Below, piece after piece: positions 45,194 through 56,888 of a stretch of 64,000 bases of DNA. This DNA comes from an uncultured Acidimicrobiia bacterium (GTDB lineage Bacteria; Actinomycetota; Acidimicrobiia; Acidimicrobiales; JACDCH01), in NCBI GenBank assembly GCA_963802415.1, contig CAWDIH010000002.1, positions 792,085-856,084 of the forward strand, read 5' to 3'. Made by a program: the position numbers and the translations under genes. Position 1 is the stretch's first letter. Every line of letters begins with the position of its first letter. The notes under the pieces were generated by a model. That model was not told where the DNA came from, ran no database searches, and was given only the letters and a program-made list of their open reading frames with translations.

Positions 45194-45256
45194 CGTGGAA
45201 CTCCTTGGTCGTCGTCGGATGGGCGCCGGGAGCTACGCGCCGCTGTTGAGCAAAGT

Positions 45257-45925
45257 TCAGCGCGCTCCGTGCGAGGGCTGGCCGAGGCCCGGGCGATCTC
45301 CTCGGCCGCTGCGAGCGAGCGCACGACGAGGCGGCCGACGAAGGCGGCGAGCCCGTCGACGTCGACGTCGAGGCGCCCGGTGCGGTGCCAGTGGGCGAAC
45401 CAGCCGACGCGCCGACAACGCCGAGTAGGCGAGCAGCACGGGGTCCTCGTCGCGGATGAGCCCGGCGTCGATGCCGGCCCGCACGATGCGTTGGCATGTC
45501 GTCGGCGTGGACCTCGGTGCCCGTGCGCTGATGTCCTCGACGAACTCCCGGTCGACGTTCTCGACGGCGACGAGGGCGAAGGACTGGGCGTGGGTGGCCA
45601 TGAACCGAACCGACGCCTCGGAGCCCTGGCGGAGCGCACGAGCGGGTCGGCGTCGGGGTCCATCGCCTCGCGCCTGCGCCCGGCGCAGGCGGAGCCGCAG
45701 CTCGGCGGCGAGGTCGCGGAAGACCTGCTCCTTGTTCTCGAAGTACCAGTAGAAGAGCCCCTTCGCGACGCCCGCCTCGCGGCAGATGTCGACGATCCGC
45801 GGTCTGGGCGTAGCCCCGCTCGGCGAACAGGCGCGGCCGCGGCGTCGAGGAGCTGCTGCTTGCGCTCCGACCCCTGGGCGGTGAGCCGCCGCTCGGGTCG
45901 GGCACGGTGGCAGCCAAGCAGCCAC
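45257..45925 (-). pseudogene. TetR-family transcriptional regulator, at least four frameshifts; both ends approximate
   Basis: ERRLTAQGSERKQQLLDAAAA | LFAERGYAQT | RIVDICREAGVAKGLFYWYFENKEQVFRDLAAEL (HTH). Later segments (SVRFMATHAQSF..., IRDEDPVLLAYSAL, FAHWHRTGRLDVDVDGLAAFVGRLVVRSL) are in changing frames. Confidence 0.65.
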
Positions 45926-46052
45926 TTGACCCGCGGGTCAATGTCGCCGTCTAGCGCTCGGACGCGCCGATGGGGCGGAGCACCCGAGGCCGAGCGGCTC
46001 GACGAGCCGGGAGCGGAACCCGAAGTGGAAGAACCCGCCGCTGCTGATCGAC

Positions 46053-46279
46053 ATGTCGATCTGCATCAACTGCGACACGTGCATCCGCCACTGCCCACCG
46101 CAGTTCGGGGCGATCTTCAACCACGGGATGGACGTGATCATCATCCCGGAGCTGTGCTCGGGCTGCGACAAGTGCCTCGACCCCGTTGCCCCGTCGACTG
46201 CATCTACCCCGACCCCGACTGGAAACCCGCCCCCGAGGACTGGTGGGAGGAGCCCGCGAACGATGACCCGTACCGCTGA
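46053..46279 (+). pseudogene. 2x[4Fe-4S] ferredoxin-like protein, frameshift ~46185; true start probably upstream of 46053
   Basis: KWKNPPLLIDMSICINCDTCIRHCP (CxxCxxCxxxCP) ...ELCSGCDKCL, then PRCPVDCIYPDPDWKPAPEDWWEEPANDDPYR* in the next frame. The break sits in a C-run (gaccccgttgcc). Confidence 0.6.
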
Positions 46280-46987
46280 TGACGAACGGCCGGTGAGGCC
46301 GGGGCGGAGGCCTGGTCCTCGCCGGCCGGTGGGCCGCACGGGGCGCTGGTGCTGCACGGGTTCACCGGCAACCCGAACTCGATGCGAGGCGTGGCCGAGG
46401 CGCTGGCGGCCGCCGGCTTCGCCGTGGTCGTCTCCGTGCGGGCACGGCACCGACCGGCGAGCGCCGACGACCTTCGCCGACTGGTGCGCGTCGCCGGCAC
46501 GAGTCGACTGCTCGGACGACGCGACGGTGCGTCGTCGTCGCCGGCGTGTCGATGCCGGGCGGCATGCTCACCGTTGGCGCGCGGTCGCGACACCGGCATC
46601 GCTCGAGCTGCATTCGCACGTCGAGCCCGCGGTCCGACGGATCTCGTCGACGAGGCGATCGCGGCGGCACGAGTCTTCCCCGGGATCGGCTCCGACATCG
46701 CCGAGCCCGACGGCCGAGCCAGCTACACCGGTCACCGTCGCAGCCCGGCTGCTCGGCGCGTCGACGAGGCCGACCTGGTCTCGGTCGTCGCCGGCATCGT
46801 GCATACGACCTCGTCCCGCCGTCCACAGCCGACCACTGCGCGGTCGGTCCGCCGGCCCAGTCGCACGAGCGCCGCCGGCCGCAGCTACCACGTCGCCACG
46901 TCGACTTCGACGAGGAGATCGTCGAGCAGCGCATCGTCGACTTCGCTCATCGGAGTGCGGATCATCGCTGGCGGGATGCCGCCGTGA
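46279..46987 (+). pseudogene. alpha/beta hydrolase (carboxylesterase-like), many frameshifts; boundaries approximate
   Basis: Recognisable islands only: [59 protein letters not shown] and HVDFDEEIVEQRIVDFAH. They are spread over all three frames. Confidence 0.5.
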
Positions 46988-47019
46988 GCGCGTCGCCGGC
47001 TGCGCGCGCCGTGCGAGCG

Positions 47020-47311
47020 ATGCCCCGACCCGCGACGAGTGCCCACGTCGCCCGCCTCGCCCGCTGGAGCTGACCGAGGACGAGCTCGACCTGTTCACCG
47101 CGCAGCTGGCGGCCGTGCTCGAGCACGCCGCGGACGTCGAGGCCCTCGACGTCGCCGGCGTGCCGCCGACCGCGCATCCTACCCGAGCTCGCAACGTGCT
47201 CCGGCCCGACGAGGTCCGTCCTGGCCTCGACCGCGAAGAGGTCCTCGCCGCCGCCCCGGCGTGGAGGACCGTCGCTTCAAGGTCCCGCCGATCCTCGGCG
47301 AGGAACCATGA
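47020..47311 (+). pseudogene. gatC: Asp/Glu-tRNA amidotransferase subunit C, two frameshifts (~47065, ~47260)
   Basis: MPRPATSAHVARLAR | LELTEDELDLFTAQLAAVLEHAADVEALDVAGVPPTAHP...LRPDEVRPGLDREEVLAAAPA | VEDRRFKVPPILGEEP*. Confidence 0.8.
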
Positions 47312-47658
47312 TTTCGGCGTCCCCGGCCGACGCAGGCCGGTCCTGGCCGCTCCTCCGCTGGCGCTCCGTCGCTCGCATGGCACTGGTGACCCGATGAGCG
47401 CGATCGCGGCGTTCCCCGGCCACGCAGGCCGCCTCCTGGCGGCCCTCCGCTGGCGCTCGACGTCGCTCGCATCGCACTGGTGACCCGATGCAGCGCGGCT
47501 GGCGCGATCCCCGGCCACGCAGGCCGGTCGTGGCCGCTCCTCTGCGGGCGCTCCGTCGCTCGCCTCGCAACGTGGTGACCCGATGAGCGCGATCGGCGGC
47601 GTTCGCCGGCCACGCAGGCCGGTCCTGGGTCCGCGGCGCTCTGTCGCTCGCTCGAGCG

Positions 47659-47673
<15 letters not shown>
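47312..47673. repeat. tandem repeat, four units of ~86-95 bp, filling the gatC-gatA junction
   Basis: Unit boundaries are marked by ATG(A) at 47308, 47394, 47488, 47583 and 47674. Conserved cores are ccccggcc(g)acgcaggccgg (hairpin), ggcgctccgtcgctcgc and ggtgacccg. Confidence 0.85.
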
Positions 47674-49085
<1,412 letters not shown>

Positions 49086-49107
<22 letters not shown>

Positions 49108-50550
49108 CGAGCTGAGCTGGGAGACCGTCATCGGGCTCGAGGTGCACGTGCGAGCTGGCGACGGCGACGAAGATGTTCTGCGGGTGCCCCAACGTGTTCG
49201 GCGACGAGCCGAACACGAACATCTGCCCGGTGTGCCTCGGCCTGCCGGGCTCGCTGCCGGTGCTCAACGAGCGGGCCGTCGAGCTCGCCGCCCGGCGTCG
49301 GGCTCGCCCTGCACTGCGACGTGCGTCCCGAGCGTGTTCGCCCGGAAGAACTACTTCTATCCCGACATGCCGAAGGACTACCAGGTCACCCAGTACGACC
49401 GGCCGATCAACGTCGCCGGCTGGCTCGACCTGCCGTCGGGCCTGCGGGTCGGGATCACGCGGGCGCACCTCGAGGAGGACACCGGCAAGTCGACCCACGT
49501 CGGCGACGAGCGGCCGGATCCACGGCGCCGAGCACAGCCTCATCGACTACAACCGCGCCGGCGTGCCGCTGCTCGAGATCGTGTCCGAGCCCGACATCCG
49601 CACCGCCGACCAGGCCCGCGAGTACGTGGCGGAGCTGCGCGGCGATCCTCGCTCGCCGTCGGACGCGTCCGACGCCAAGATGGAAGAGGGATCGATGCGG
49701 GTCGACGCCAACGTGTCGGTCCGGCGCGTCGGCGACGACGCCGTTCGGCACGCGGTGCGAGATCAAGAACCTCAACTCGCTGCGGTCGCTGGGTCGCGCC
49801 ATCGAGTACGAGGCGCGCCGGCAGGTCGACCTGATCGAGGCGGGCGAGCGGGTGCGTCCAGGAGACCCGCCACTGGGACGAGGCCGCGGGCCGCACCGCA
49901 GCCGGGCGCCGCAAGGAGGAGGCCGAGGACTACCGCTACTTCCCGGAGCCCGACCTCGTGCCGCTCGAGCCCGACGGCCGCGATGGTGGCCGAGCTCGAT
50001 CGCGACCTGCCGCCGCTGCCTGCGAGCGCCGGGCGCGCTCGCCTCGAGGCGCGCCGGCGTCGGCGCCGACGGATCGCTGCGGTCGTGTCGCGGTCGCCCG
50101 CGGCCACGACGGCCTGGCGCTGGCCGCGCATCGACGCCGGCGGCGACCCGGGACGCGTGCTCACCCACGTCGAGCACGACCTCGCCGTGGAAGGCGCCGG
50201 CGTCGTTCGACCCCCGGCGCTCGCGCCGCTCGTCGCGGCATGGAGGCGAAGGCGCTGACCGCGACGCAGGCGAAGGAGGTGCTCGCTGAGATCGCCGAGC
50301 GGGGCGGCCCGCACGCGGCCGCGGTCGCCGCCGAGCTCGGGTTCGAGGCGATGGACTGCGTCGGCACTCGAACGCCTCGTCGACGAGGCCATCGCCGCCA
50401 ACCCCGACGCATGGGAGCGAGTTCGTCGCCGGCAACGACAAGGCCGGCGGCTCCCTCACCGGTCACGTGATGAAGGCGACCAACGGCAAGGCGGACGGCA
50501 AGGCCGTCAATGCGATATTGCAGCGGCGCAAGGGGGGCTCCGCGCGGTAG
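49086..50550 (+). pseudogene. gatB: amidotransferase subunit B, roughly 18 frameshifts by manual tracing; start approximate
   Basis: [11 protein letters not shown] | [39 protein letters not shown] | [11 protein letters not shown] | [22 protein letters not shown]...[15 protein letters not shown] | [24 protein letters not shown]... | [16 protein letters not shown]... | [17 protein letters not shown] ... [23 protein letters not shown]. Confidence 0.9.
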
Positions 50551-50559
50551 ACCGCTGCG

Positions 50560-51792
50560 GTGACATACGAGATTTGCGCCATCGGGCCAGACGATCTGGC
50601 TGACCTCGGGCGAGCCGTCTCGACCGCGTTCGGAGACGTCTTGACCGACGAACAGGTCGAGGACGAGCGCCTCATCACCGAGTACGACCGCATGATCGGT
50701 GTCGTCGACGGCGGGCAGTTCGTGGCCGGCGCGGGCGCGTACAGCTTCGAGCACACGTTGCCCGGTTGCACGACGATTCCGGTCGCCGGTGTCACGTGGG
50801 TCGGTTGCCTGCCGTCGCATCGCCGGCGCGGGGTCTTGACGTCGATGATGCGGTACCAGCTCGACGACGTCGCCGGCGCGGGGGAGTCGGTCGCGATCCT
50901 GACGGCTTCGGAGGCAGTCATCTACGGACGGTTCGGCTATGGATTCTCCTCCCAGCTCGTCTGGGCGAAGGTCCCGAAGAAGCGCAGCGCGTTCGTGCGC
51001 GAGCCGCAGACCCGCGGCCGCATCCGGTACGTGTGGGGTGATGAGCGGGCGAAGGTGATTCCTCCTGTGTTCGACCAGTGGCGTCGTTCACGTCCGGGCT
51101 CGGTCGATCGCAGCGAGGGCAAGTGGAAGGGCTTTCTCCTCGATCGCGAGCGCGACCGTCACGGAGCTTCGGCAGCATTCACTGTCGTCCACGAGGACGA
51201 CAACGGCACGGCGGACGGATATGCGTGGTATCGGATCCGGCAGGCTCCCGAGTACGTCCCGAACGTCATCGTTGCCCGTGAAGTCATCGCCATCGATCCG
51301 GAGGTCGAAGCCGCGCTGTGGCGGTTCCTGCTCGACCTCGATCTCGCCGACGAGTTGGAGGCCCAAGCGCAGCCGCTGGACAGCGCGCTGCCCATGCGCC
51401 TGGGCGACCACCGGGCGTACCGAATCACCTTCGTCGCCGACTTCCTCTGGACACGTGTGCTCGACGCTCCGGCCGCGCTGTCGGCTCGGCGCTACGGGAC
51501 CGAAGGCTCGCTCGTCATCGACGTCGTCGACGAGTTCCGTCCCGACGGTGCGGCCAACGGACGGTTCCGGCTCGACGCGTCGCCCGAGGGCGCGTCGTGC
51601 AGTCCGATCGACTCCTCGGTCGACGCTGACGTCAGCGTGACCGCTGCAGGGCTCGGCAGCGCCTACCTCGGCGGCGTGTCCTGGACGACGTTGGCCGCAG
51701 CCGGAAGGGCGAGCGGGACGCGTGAGGCACTCCACTGCGCAGACCTGCTCTTCTCTTGCACCCCGCTCCCGTTCTGCAACACAGATTTCTGA
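50560..51792 (+). CDS. Eis-like GNAT N-acetyltransferase with SCP2-like C-terminal domain
   Basis: Intact 410 aa. VAGVTWVGCLPSHRRRGVLTSMMRYQLDD...AILTASEAVIYGRFGYG is a GNAT core. The three-domain length is typical of the Eis family. Confidence 0.8.
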   Translation: MTYEICAIGPDDLADLGRAVSTAFGDVLTDEQVEDERLITEYDRMIGVVDGGQFVAGAGAYSFEHTLPGCTTIPVAGVTWVGCLPSHRRRGVLTSMMRYQLDDVAGAGESVAILTASEAVIYGRFGYGFSSQLVWAKVPKKRSAFVREPQTRGRIRYVWGDERAKVIPPVFDQWRRSRPGSVDRSEGKWKGFLLDRERDRHGASAAFTVVHEDDNGTADGYAWYRIRQAPEYVPNVIVAREVIAIDPEVEAALWRFLLDLDLADELEAQAQPLDSALPMRLGDHRAYRITFVADFLWTRVLDAPAALSARRYGTEGSLVIDVVDEFRPDGAANGRFRLDASPEGASCSPIDSSVDADVSVTAAGLGSAYLGGVSWTTLAAAGRASGTREALHCADLLFSCTPLPFCNTDF

Positions 51793-51796
51793 TCGG

Positions 51797-53104
51797 TCAC
51801 CCCCGCACCGCGCCGGTCACCGCCCACCGGCCCGACAGGAAGCGAAGGCCGAGACCGACGAGGCGAGCGAACATGAAAGCGACGATCGCCGTCCACAGCC
51901 ACCCGACGCCGAGGTCGAGTTCGAGGACCAATGCTCCGCCGGCGAGGAACACGACTGCGGCGCCCACCATCGCCCACGCCATGTAGCGGAGGTCGCCGGC
52001 GCCGATGAGGATGCCGTCGAGCACGAAGACGAGACCGTTGAAGGGTTGCATGAGCGCCACGTACCAGAGCAGGAACGAGGCAAGCGCGAGCACCGCGGGA
52101 TCGTCGGTGAAGATGTGCGGCAGCACGTTTCGGAACACGATGACCACAGCGCCGAACGCGGCGCCGGCGAAGAACCCGATCCAGAGCATTCGCCGGCTCA
52201 TGGCGACGGCTTCGTCCGCATCGCCGGCTCCCAGGTCCTTGCCGACTATGGCCTGCGCGGCGATCGCGATCGCATCGAGGGCGAGCGCAAGGAAGTTCCA
52301 CAACTCGAACACGATCGCGTAGGCGGCAACCTCGACGGGACCGATGTGCGCGGCGATCGCCGTCCCCAACGTGAGTGCGCCGCGCAACGCGGCGGTGCGA
52401 ACGAACAACGGACCGCCCGTCCTCGCCAGCGCGCGCACCGACGAGCCATCAGGTCGGAGTGAGACATGGCGCGACCGAACCGCCCGGCCGATTCGCGTCA
52501 CGTACACGGCGGCCCCGATGTACTGCGCGAGCACGGTTGCGACCGCGGACGCGCCGATGCCATAGCCCAGGCTGTTGATGAGGAACAGCTCGAACCCGAG
52601 GTTGAAGATGTTCGTGCCCACCGCGACCATGAGCGGTGTCACTGTGTCCTGCATCCCCCGCAAGTAGCCGGTGCCTGCGAGCGTCACCAGGATCGCCGGC
52701 ACGCCGAGCACGCTGATGCGCAGGTAGATCTCGGCGTTGGTCGCAACGTCGCCGGATGCGCCGAGCACGCGGACCAGCCAGTCCGCGCCGAAGAAGCCCG
52801 CCGGCACGAGCGCAGCTGCGATGAGCAGCGCCAGCCACATCCCTTGGACCGCCTGGTGAGCGGCCTCGCGCTCCTCGCCGGCGCCCAGCAGACGGGCGAC
52901 CGCCGCGGTCGTCCCGTACGCGAGGAAGATGAAGATGGCGTAGCCGGACAAGAGGACGGACGAGGCGATGGCCAGACCGGCGAGCTGTGGCGTGCCGAGG
53001 TGCCCGACGACGGCTGTGTCGGCGAGGATGTAGAGCGGCTCGGCCACGAGCGCGCCGAACGCGGGTATCGCGAGGCTTGCGATTTCCCGGTCACGGGCGC
53101 GCAC
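51797..53104 (-). CDS. MATE-family efflux transporter (DinF-like)
   Basis: REIASLAIPAFGALVAEPLYILADTAVVGHLG... and 12 hydrophobic segments. The start is set at GTG 53104, because the ORF's first M at 53203 would overlap the divergent ilvD start. Confidence 0.85.
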   Translation of the reverse strand: MRARDREIASLAIPAFGALVAEPLYILADTAVVGHLGTPQLAGLAIASSVLLSGYAIFIFLAYGTTAAVARLLGAGEEREAAHQAVQGMWLALLIAAALVPAGFFGADWLVRVLGASGDVATNAEIYLRISVLGVPAILVTLAGTGYLRGMQDTVTPLMVAVGTNIFNLGFELFLINSLGYGIGASAVATVLAQYIGAAVYVTRIGRAVRSRHVSLRPDGSSVRALARTGGPLFVRTAALRGALTLGTAIAAHIGPVEVAAYAIVFELWNFLALALDAIAIAAQAIVGKDLGAGDADEAVAMSRRMLWIGFFAGAAFGAVVIVFRNVLPHIFTDDPAVLALASFLLWYVALMQPFNGLVFVLDGILIGAGDLRYMAWAMVGAAVVFLAGGALVLELDLGVGWLWTAIVAFMFARLVGLGLRFLSGRWAVTGAVRG

Positions 53105-53191
53105 AGCAGGACGGTACGTTCCGACGCACCGGTTACGGAGCCGATACTCGACGCGACCGTCGCACCGCCGACCGCGTAGCCTTCGCGACCT

Positions 53192-54883
53192 ATGGCCGAG
53201 CACGAGAGCAACCCGATGAAGCCGCGCAGCTACGAGGTCACGGACGGCGACGAGCGCGCGCCGGCACGGGCCATGTTGCGCGCGATCGGCATGACCGACG
53301 ACGACTGGAGCAAGTCACAAGTCGGCGTGTGCTCGTCGTGGAACGAAGTCACACCGTGCAACATGCCGCTCGACCGGCTGGCGAAGCGCTCCAAGGAAGG
53401 TGTGCGGGCCGCCGGCGGGTACCCGATCGAGTTCAACACGATCGCCATCTCGGACGGGATCTCGATGGGTCACGAGGGCATGCGCGCCTCGCTCGTTTCG
53501 CGCGAGGTCATCGCCGACTCCGTCGAGACCGTCATGCACGCCGAACGGCTCGACGCGCTGGTGACGTTCGCCGGTTGCGACAAGAGCTTGCCTGCGATGC
53601 TGATGGCGGCGGCGCGGCTCAACCTTCCGTCCGTGTTCCTCTACGGCGGATCGATCCTGCCCGGGGAGTACAAGGGGCAGGCGCTCGACATCGTCAGCGT
53701 CTTCGAAGCCGTCGGCGCCCACGCTGCGGGCACGATGTCGGACGAGGACCTCCGTGGCATCGAGTGCAACGCGTGCCCGAGCGAGGGCAGCTGCGCTGGG
53801 ATGTTCACCGCGAACACCATGGCGGCGGTGGCCGAAGCGCTGGGGATGTCGCTGCCGGGGTCGTCCTCGGCGCCCGCGCCGGACAGTCGCCGTGACGACT
53901 TCGCGTACCAGTCCGGCGAGGCCGTCATGCGGCTGCTCGAGCTCGGCGTCCGTCCGCGCCAGATCATGACGAAGGAAGCATTCGAGAACGCGATCGCGAT
54001 CGCCATGGCCCTCGGTGGATCGACGAATGCCGTGTTGCATCTGCTCGCAATCGCCAACGAGGCGCGTGTCGAGCTCGAGCTCGACGACTTCAACAAGGTG
54101 GCGGCGCGCGTCCCGCACATCGCGGACATGAAGCCGCATGGCCGGTTCCACATGGTCGACCTGGATCGGGTGGGCGGCGTGCCGGTCGTGCTCCGTCACT
54201 TGCTCGACGCGGGGCTCCTGCACGGCGACTGTCTGACCGTCACCGGCAAGACCGTCGCCGAGAACCTCGCCGACCTCGATCCGCCGGCGCCCGACGGCGA
54301 GGTCGTCGTCGGACTCGAGCGGCCCCTGCACCGGCGCGGCGGCATCGCGGTCATCGAAGGATCCTTGGCGCCGAAGGGTGCAGTGGTGAAGGTCGCGGGC
54401 ATCGACTTCGACCGGTTCGAGGGCCCGGCCCGCGTCTTCGACGGCGAGGACGGAGCCATGGATGCGATCCTGGCGGGCTCGATCCAACCCGGTGAGGTTG
54501 TCGTGATCCGCTACGAGGGGCCGAAGGGCGGTCCGGGGATGCGTGAGATGCTCGCCGTGACGGGCGCGATGAAGGGCGTGGGCCGTGGCGGGGACTGCGC
54601 GCTGGTCACCGACGGCAGGTTCTCGGGCGGGACGCACGGGTTCTGCGTTGGTCACGTCGCCCCCGAGGCGGTGGACGGCGGGCCGATCGCGTTCGTCCGA
54701 GATGGCGACCGCATCGTGATCGACGTCGACGCGCTGTCGATCGACCTCGACGTTCCCGCCGACGAGCTCGCCCGCCGCCGCGCCGACTGGAAGCTGCCGC
54801 AACCGCGCTATACGTCCGGCGTCCTCGCCAAGTACGCCAGGCTCGCCCAAGGCGCCGAACGAGGCGCCATCACCGAAGCCTGA
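53192..54883 (+). CDS. ilvD: dihydroxy-acid dehydratase
   Basis: Intact 563 aa. [58 protein letters not shown]. Confidence 0.92.
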   Translation: MAEHESNPMKPRSYEVTDGDERAPARAMLRAIGMTDDDWSKSQVGVCSSWNEVTPCNMPLDRLAKRSKEGVRAAGGYPIEFNTIAISDGISMGHEGMRASLVSREVIADSVETVMHAERLDALVTFAGCDKSLPAMLMAAARLNLPSVFLYGGSILPGEYKGQALDIVSVFEAVGAHAAGTMSDEDLRGIECNACPSEGSCAGMFTANTMAAVAEALGMSLPGSSSAPAPDSRRDDFAYQSGEAVMRLLELGVRPRQIMTKEAFENAIAIAMALGGSTNAVLHLLAIANEARVELELDDFNKVAARVPHIADMKPHGRFHMVDLDRVGGVPVVLRHLLDAGLLHGDCLTVTGKTVAENLADLDPPAPDGEVVVGLERPLHRRGGIAVIEGSLAPKGAVVKVAGIDFDRFEGPARVFDGEDGAMDAILAGSIQPGEVVVIRYEGPKGGPGMREMLAVTGAMKGVGRGGDCALVTDGRFSGGTHGFCVGHVAPEAVDGGPIAFVRDGDRIVIDVDALSIDLDVPADELARRRADWKLPQPRYTSGVLAKYARLAQGAERGAITEA

Positions 54884-54890
54884 CGCCTCC

Positions 54891-54949
54891 CCCTCCCTTG
54901 TTTCGGCGTTCGTCAGGCACACGACGTATGCCTGACGAACGCAATTTCG
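54891..54949 (-). repeat. Interspersed palindromic repeat, family R2, copy b (59 bp) with perfect 14-bp stem
   Basis: gcgttcgtcaggca (54906-54919) - cacgacgta - tgcctgacgaacgc (54929-54942). It lies 8 nt after the ilvD stop. Confidence 0.8.
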
Positions 54950-55008
54950 GGCTGGAGCGACAGCTGCCGGCTTGCCAGTCGGGCGGGATCGATGGCACTA
55001 TTCCCTGG

Positions 55009-55047
55009 ATGTCCCCCAGCCGTCTCATCCTCGTAGTAGTGACGTAG
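55009..55047 (+). CDS. ilvB leader peptide MSPSRLILVVVT (12 aa)
   Basis: atg tcc ccc agc cgt ctc atc ctc gta gta gtg acg tag. Six consecutive Leu/Ile/Val codons, located 87 nt upstream of the ilvB ATG and followed by two hairpins. Confidence 0.6.
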   Translation: MSPSRLILVVVT

Positions 55048-55079
55048 CGCACGCTCCTTCATCCACGCGTGCGCTCAAC

Positions 55080-55110
55080 GACCTCCCAGCCGGGAGGTCG
55101 TCGTCGTTTT
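55080..55110 (+). terminator. attenuator terminator: gacctccc-agcc-gggaggtc followed by gtcgtcgtttt
   Basis: 8-bp GC-rich stem with a 4-nt loop and a T-rich tail, 24 nt before the ilvB ATG. A perfect 9-bp stem (agcgcacgc/gcgtgcgct, 55046-55075) precedes it and overlaps the leader stop codon. Confidence 0.6.
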
Positions 55111-55133
55111 CCGACTTCTTTCCGGAGACCGAC

Positions 55134-56888
55134 ATGCCACAGATCAACGGTGGTCAAGCACTGATCAAAGCCCTCGAGATGGAGGGCGTCGAGGTCATCT
55201 TCGGCCTCCCGGGCGGAGCCATCCTCCCGGTGTACGACCCCATCATCGACTCGCCGATCCGCCACATCCTCGTTCGCCACGAGCAGGGTGCCGGCCACAT
55301 GGCCGAGGGCTTCGCGCATGCGACTGGACGTCCTGGCGTCGCGATGGTGACCAGCGGGCCGGCGGCCACCAACATCGTGACGCCGCTGTGTGACGCGTAC
55401 ATGGACTCGATCCCGATAGTCGTGATCACCGGGCAGGTCGGTACGCCGTCGATCGGTACCGATGCGTTCCAGGAGTGCGACACCGTCGGCATCACGCGCT
55501 CCGTGACGAAGCACAACGAGCTCGTCACCGAGGCGGCCGACATCCCTCGGGCCGTCCGCGAGGCGTTCCACATCGCCACCACCGGTCGCCCAGGGCCGGT
55601 GCTGCTCGACATCCCGAAGGACATCGTCGATCCGAAGAACCCGCGTTCGGCGCTCGACTGGTACTGGCCGTCGGAGGCGGAAGTGTCAGCGGGACTGCCG
55701 GGATACAAGCCGACGACCAAAGGTCATCCGCGCAAGATCAAGGATGCCGCGGAGCTCATCGTCCAGAGCACCCGGCCGGTGATCTACGCCGGCGGCGGCA
55801 TCTTGAAGGCGCGCGCCGCGGAAGCGCTGCTCGAGCTGGCCGAGCTGTGCGACATCCCCGTGGTCACGACGCTCATGGCACGGGGTGCGTTCCCCGACGA
55901 CCATCGGTTGTGCCTCGGTATGCCGGGCATGCACGGCAACTACACCGCGGTGACGTCGATGCAGAACTCGGACCTGCTCATCGCGCTGGGTTCGCGCTTC
56001 GACGATCGCGTGACCGGCAAGATCCCGAACTTCGCGCCCGATGCCAAGATCATCCACGTCGACATCGACCCGGCCGAGCTCGGCAAGGTCCGGCGTCCCG
56101 ATGTTCCGATCGTCGGCGATTGCCGGCTCGTGATCGAAGCGCTCGTGCGCGCCGTCAAGGATCTCGGCGGTGCGGCCGCGCAGCCGGATCGCAGCGCGTG
56201 GAAGTCCACCCTCTCGGGTTGGCAGGAGAAGTACCCGCTGACCTACGAGCAGTCGGAGCCCGGCGACGCGCTCAAGCCGCAGTTCGTGCTCGAGCAGCTT
56301 CGCGACACGACTCCGAGCGACACGATCGTGGTGGCCGGTGTCGGCCAGCACCAGATGTGGACCTCGCAGTACTGGAAGTTCAACCATCCGTACACGTGGG
56401 TCAACTCCGGCGGCCTCGGCACGATGGGCTTCGCGGTGCCGGCTGCGATCGGCGCGAAGGTCGGCCATCCCGAACGCATGGTGTGGGCCGTCGACGGCGA
56501 CGGCTGCTTCCAGATGACAGCGCAAGAACTGGTGACCGCAGCGACCGAACGCATTCCGATCAAGGTCGCCATCCTCAACAACGCGTACCTCGGCATGGTC
56601 CGCCAGTGGCAGGAGATGTTCTACGAGGAGCGGTACAGCGAGGTGTACCTGTCGCCGGACCTGCCCGACTACAAGATGTGGGCCGAGGCGATGGGGTGCA
56701 TCGGCATCCGTGTCGAAGCCCCGGAAGAGGTGCAGCCCGCCATCGACAAGGCGAACGACATCGACGACCGTCCGGTCGTGATCGAGTTTCGCACCGACAG
56801 CCGCGAGAAGGTGTTTCCGATGGTTGCGGCGGGCGCGTCCAACGACGACATCATCACGTTCCAATCGCACCAGGAGGTGGTCCAGTGA
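55134..56888 (+). CDS. ilvB: acetolactate synthase (AHAS) large subunit
   Basis: MPQINGGQALIKALEMEGVEVIFGLPGGAILPVYD...HEQGAGHMAEGFA...GLGTMGFAVPAAIGAK...GDGCFQMT (ThDP motif). The internal ATG was chosen because the upstream part of the ORF spans the leader/attenuator. Confidence 0.92.
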   Translation: MPQINGGQALIKALEMEGVEVIFGLPGGAILPVYDPIIDSPIRHILVRHEQGAGHMAEGFAHATGRPGVAMVTSGPAATNIVTPLCDAYMDSIPIVVITGQVGTPSIGTDAFQECDTVGITRSVTKHNELVTEAADIPRAVREAFHIATTGRPGPVLLDIPKDIVDPKNPRSALDWYWPSEAEVSAGLPGYKPTTKGHPRKIKDAAELIVQSTRPVIYAGGGILKARAAEALLELAELCDIPVVTTLMARGAFPDDHRLCLGMPGMHGNYTAVTSMQNSDLLIALGSRFDDRVTGKIPNFAPDAKIIHVDIDPAELGKVRRPDVPIVGDCRLVIEALVRAVKDLGGAAAQPDRSAWKSTLSGWQEKYPLTYEQSEPGDALKPQFVLEQLRDTTPSDTIVVAGVGQHQMWTSQYWKFNHPYTWVNSGGLGTMGFAVPAAIGAKVGHPERMVWAVDGDGCFQMTAQELVTAATERIPIKVAILNNAYLGMVRQWQEMFYEERYSEVYLSPDLPDYKMWAEAMGCIGIRVEAPEEVQPAIDKANDIDDRPVVIEFRTDSREKVFPMVAAGASNDDIITFQSHQEVVQ

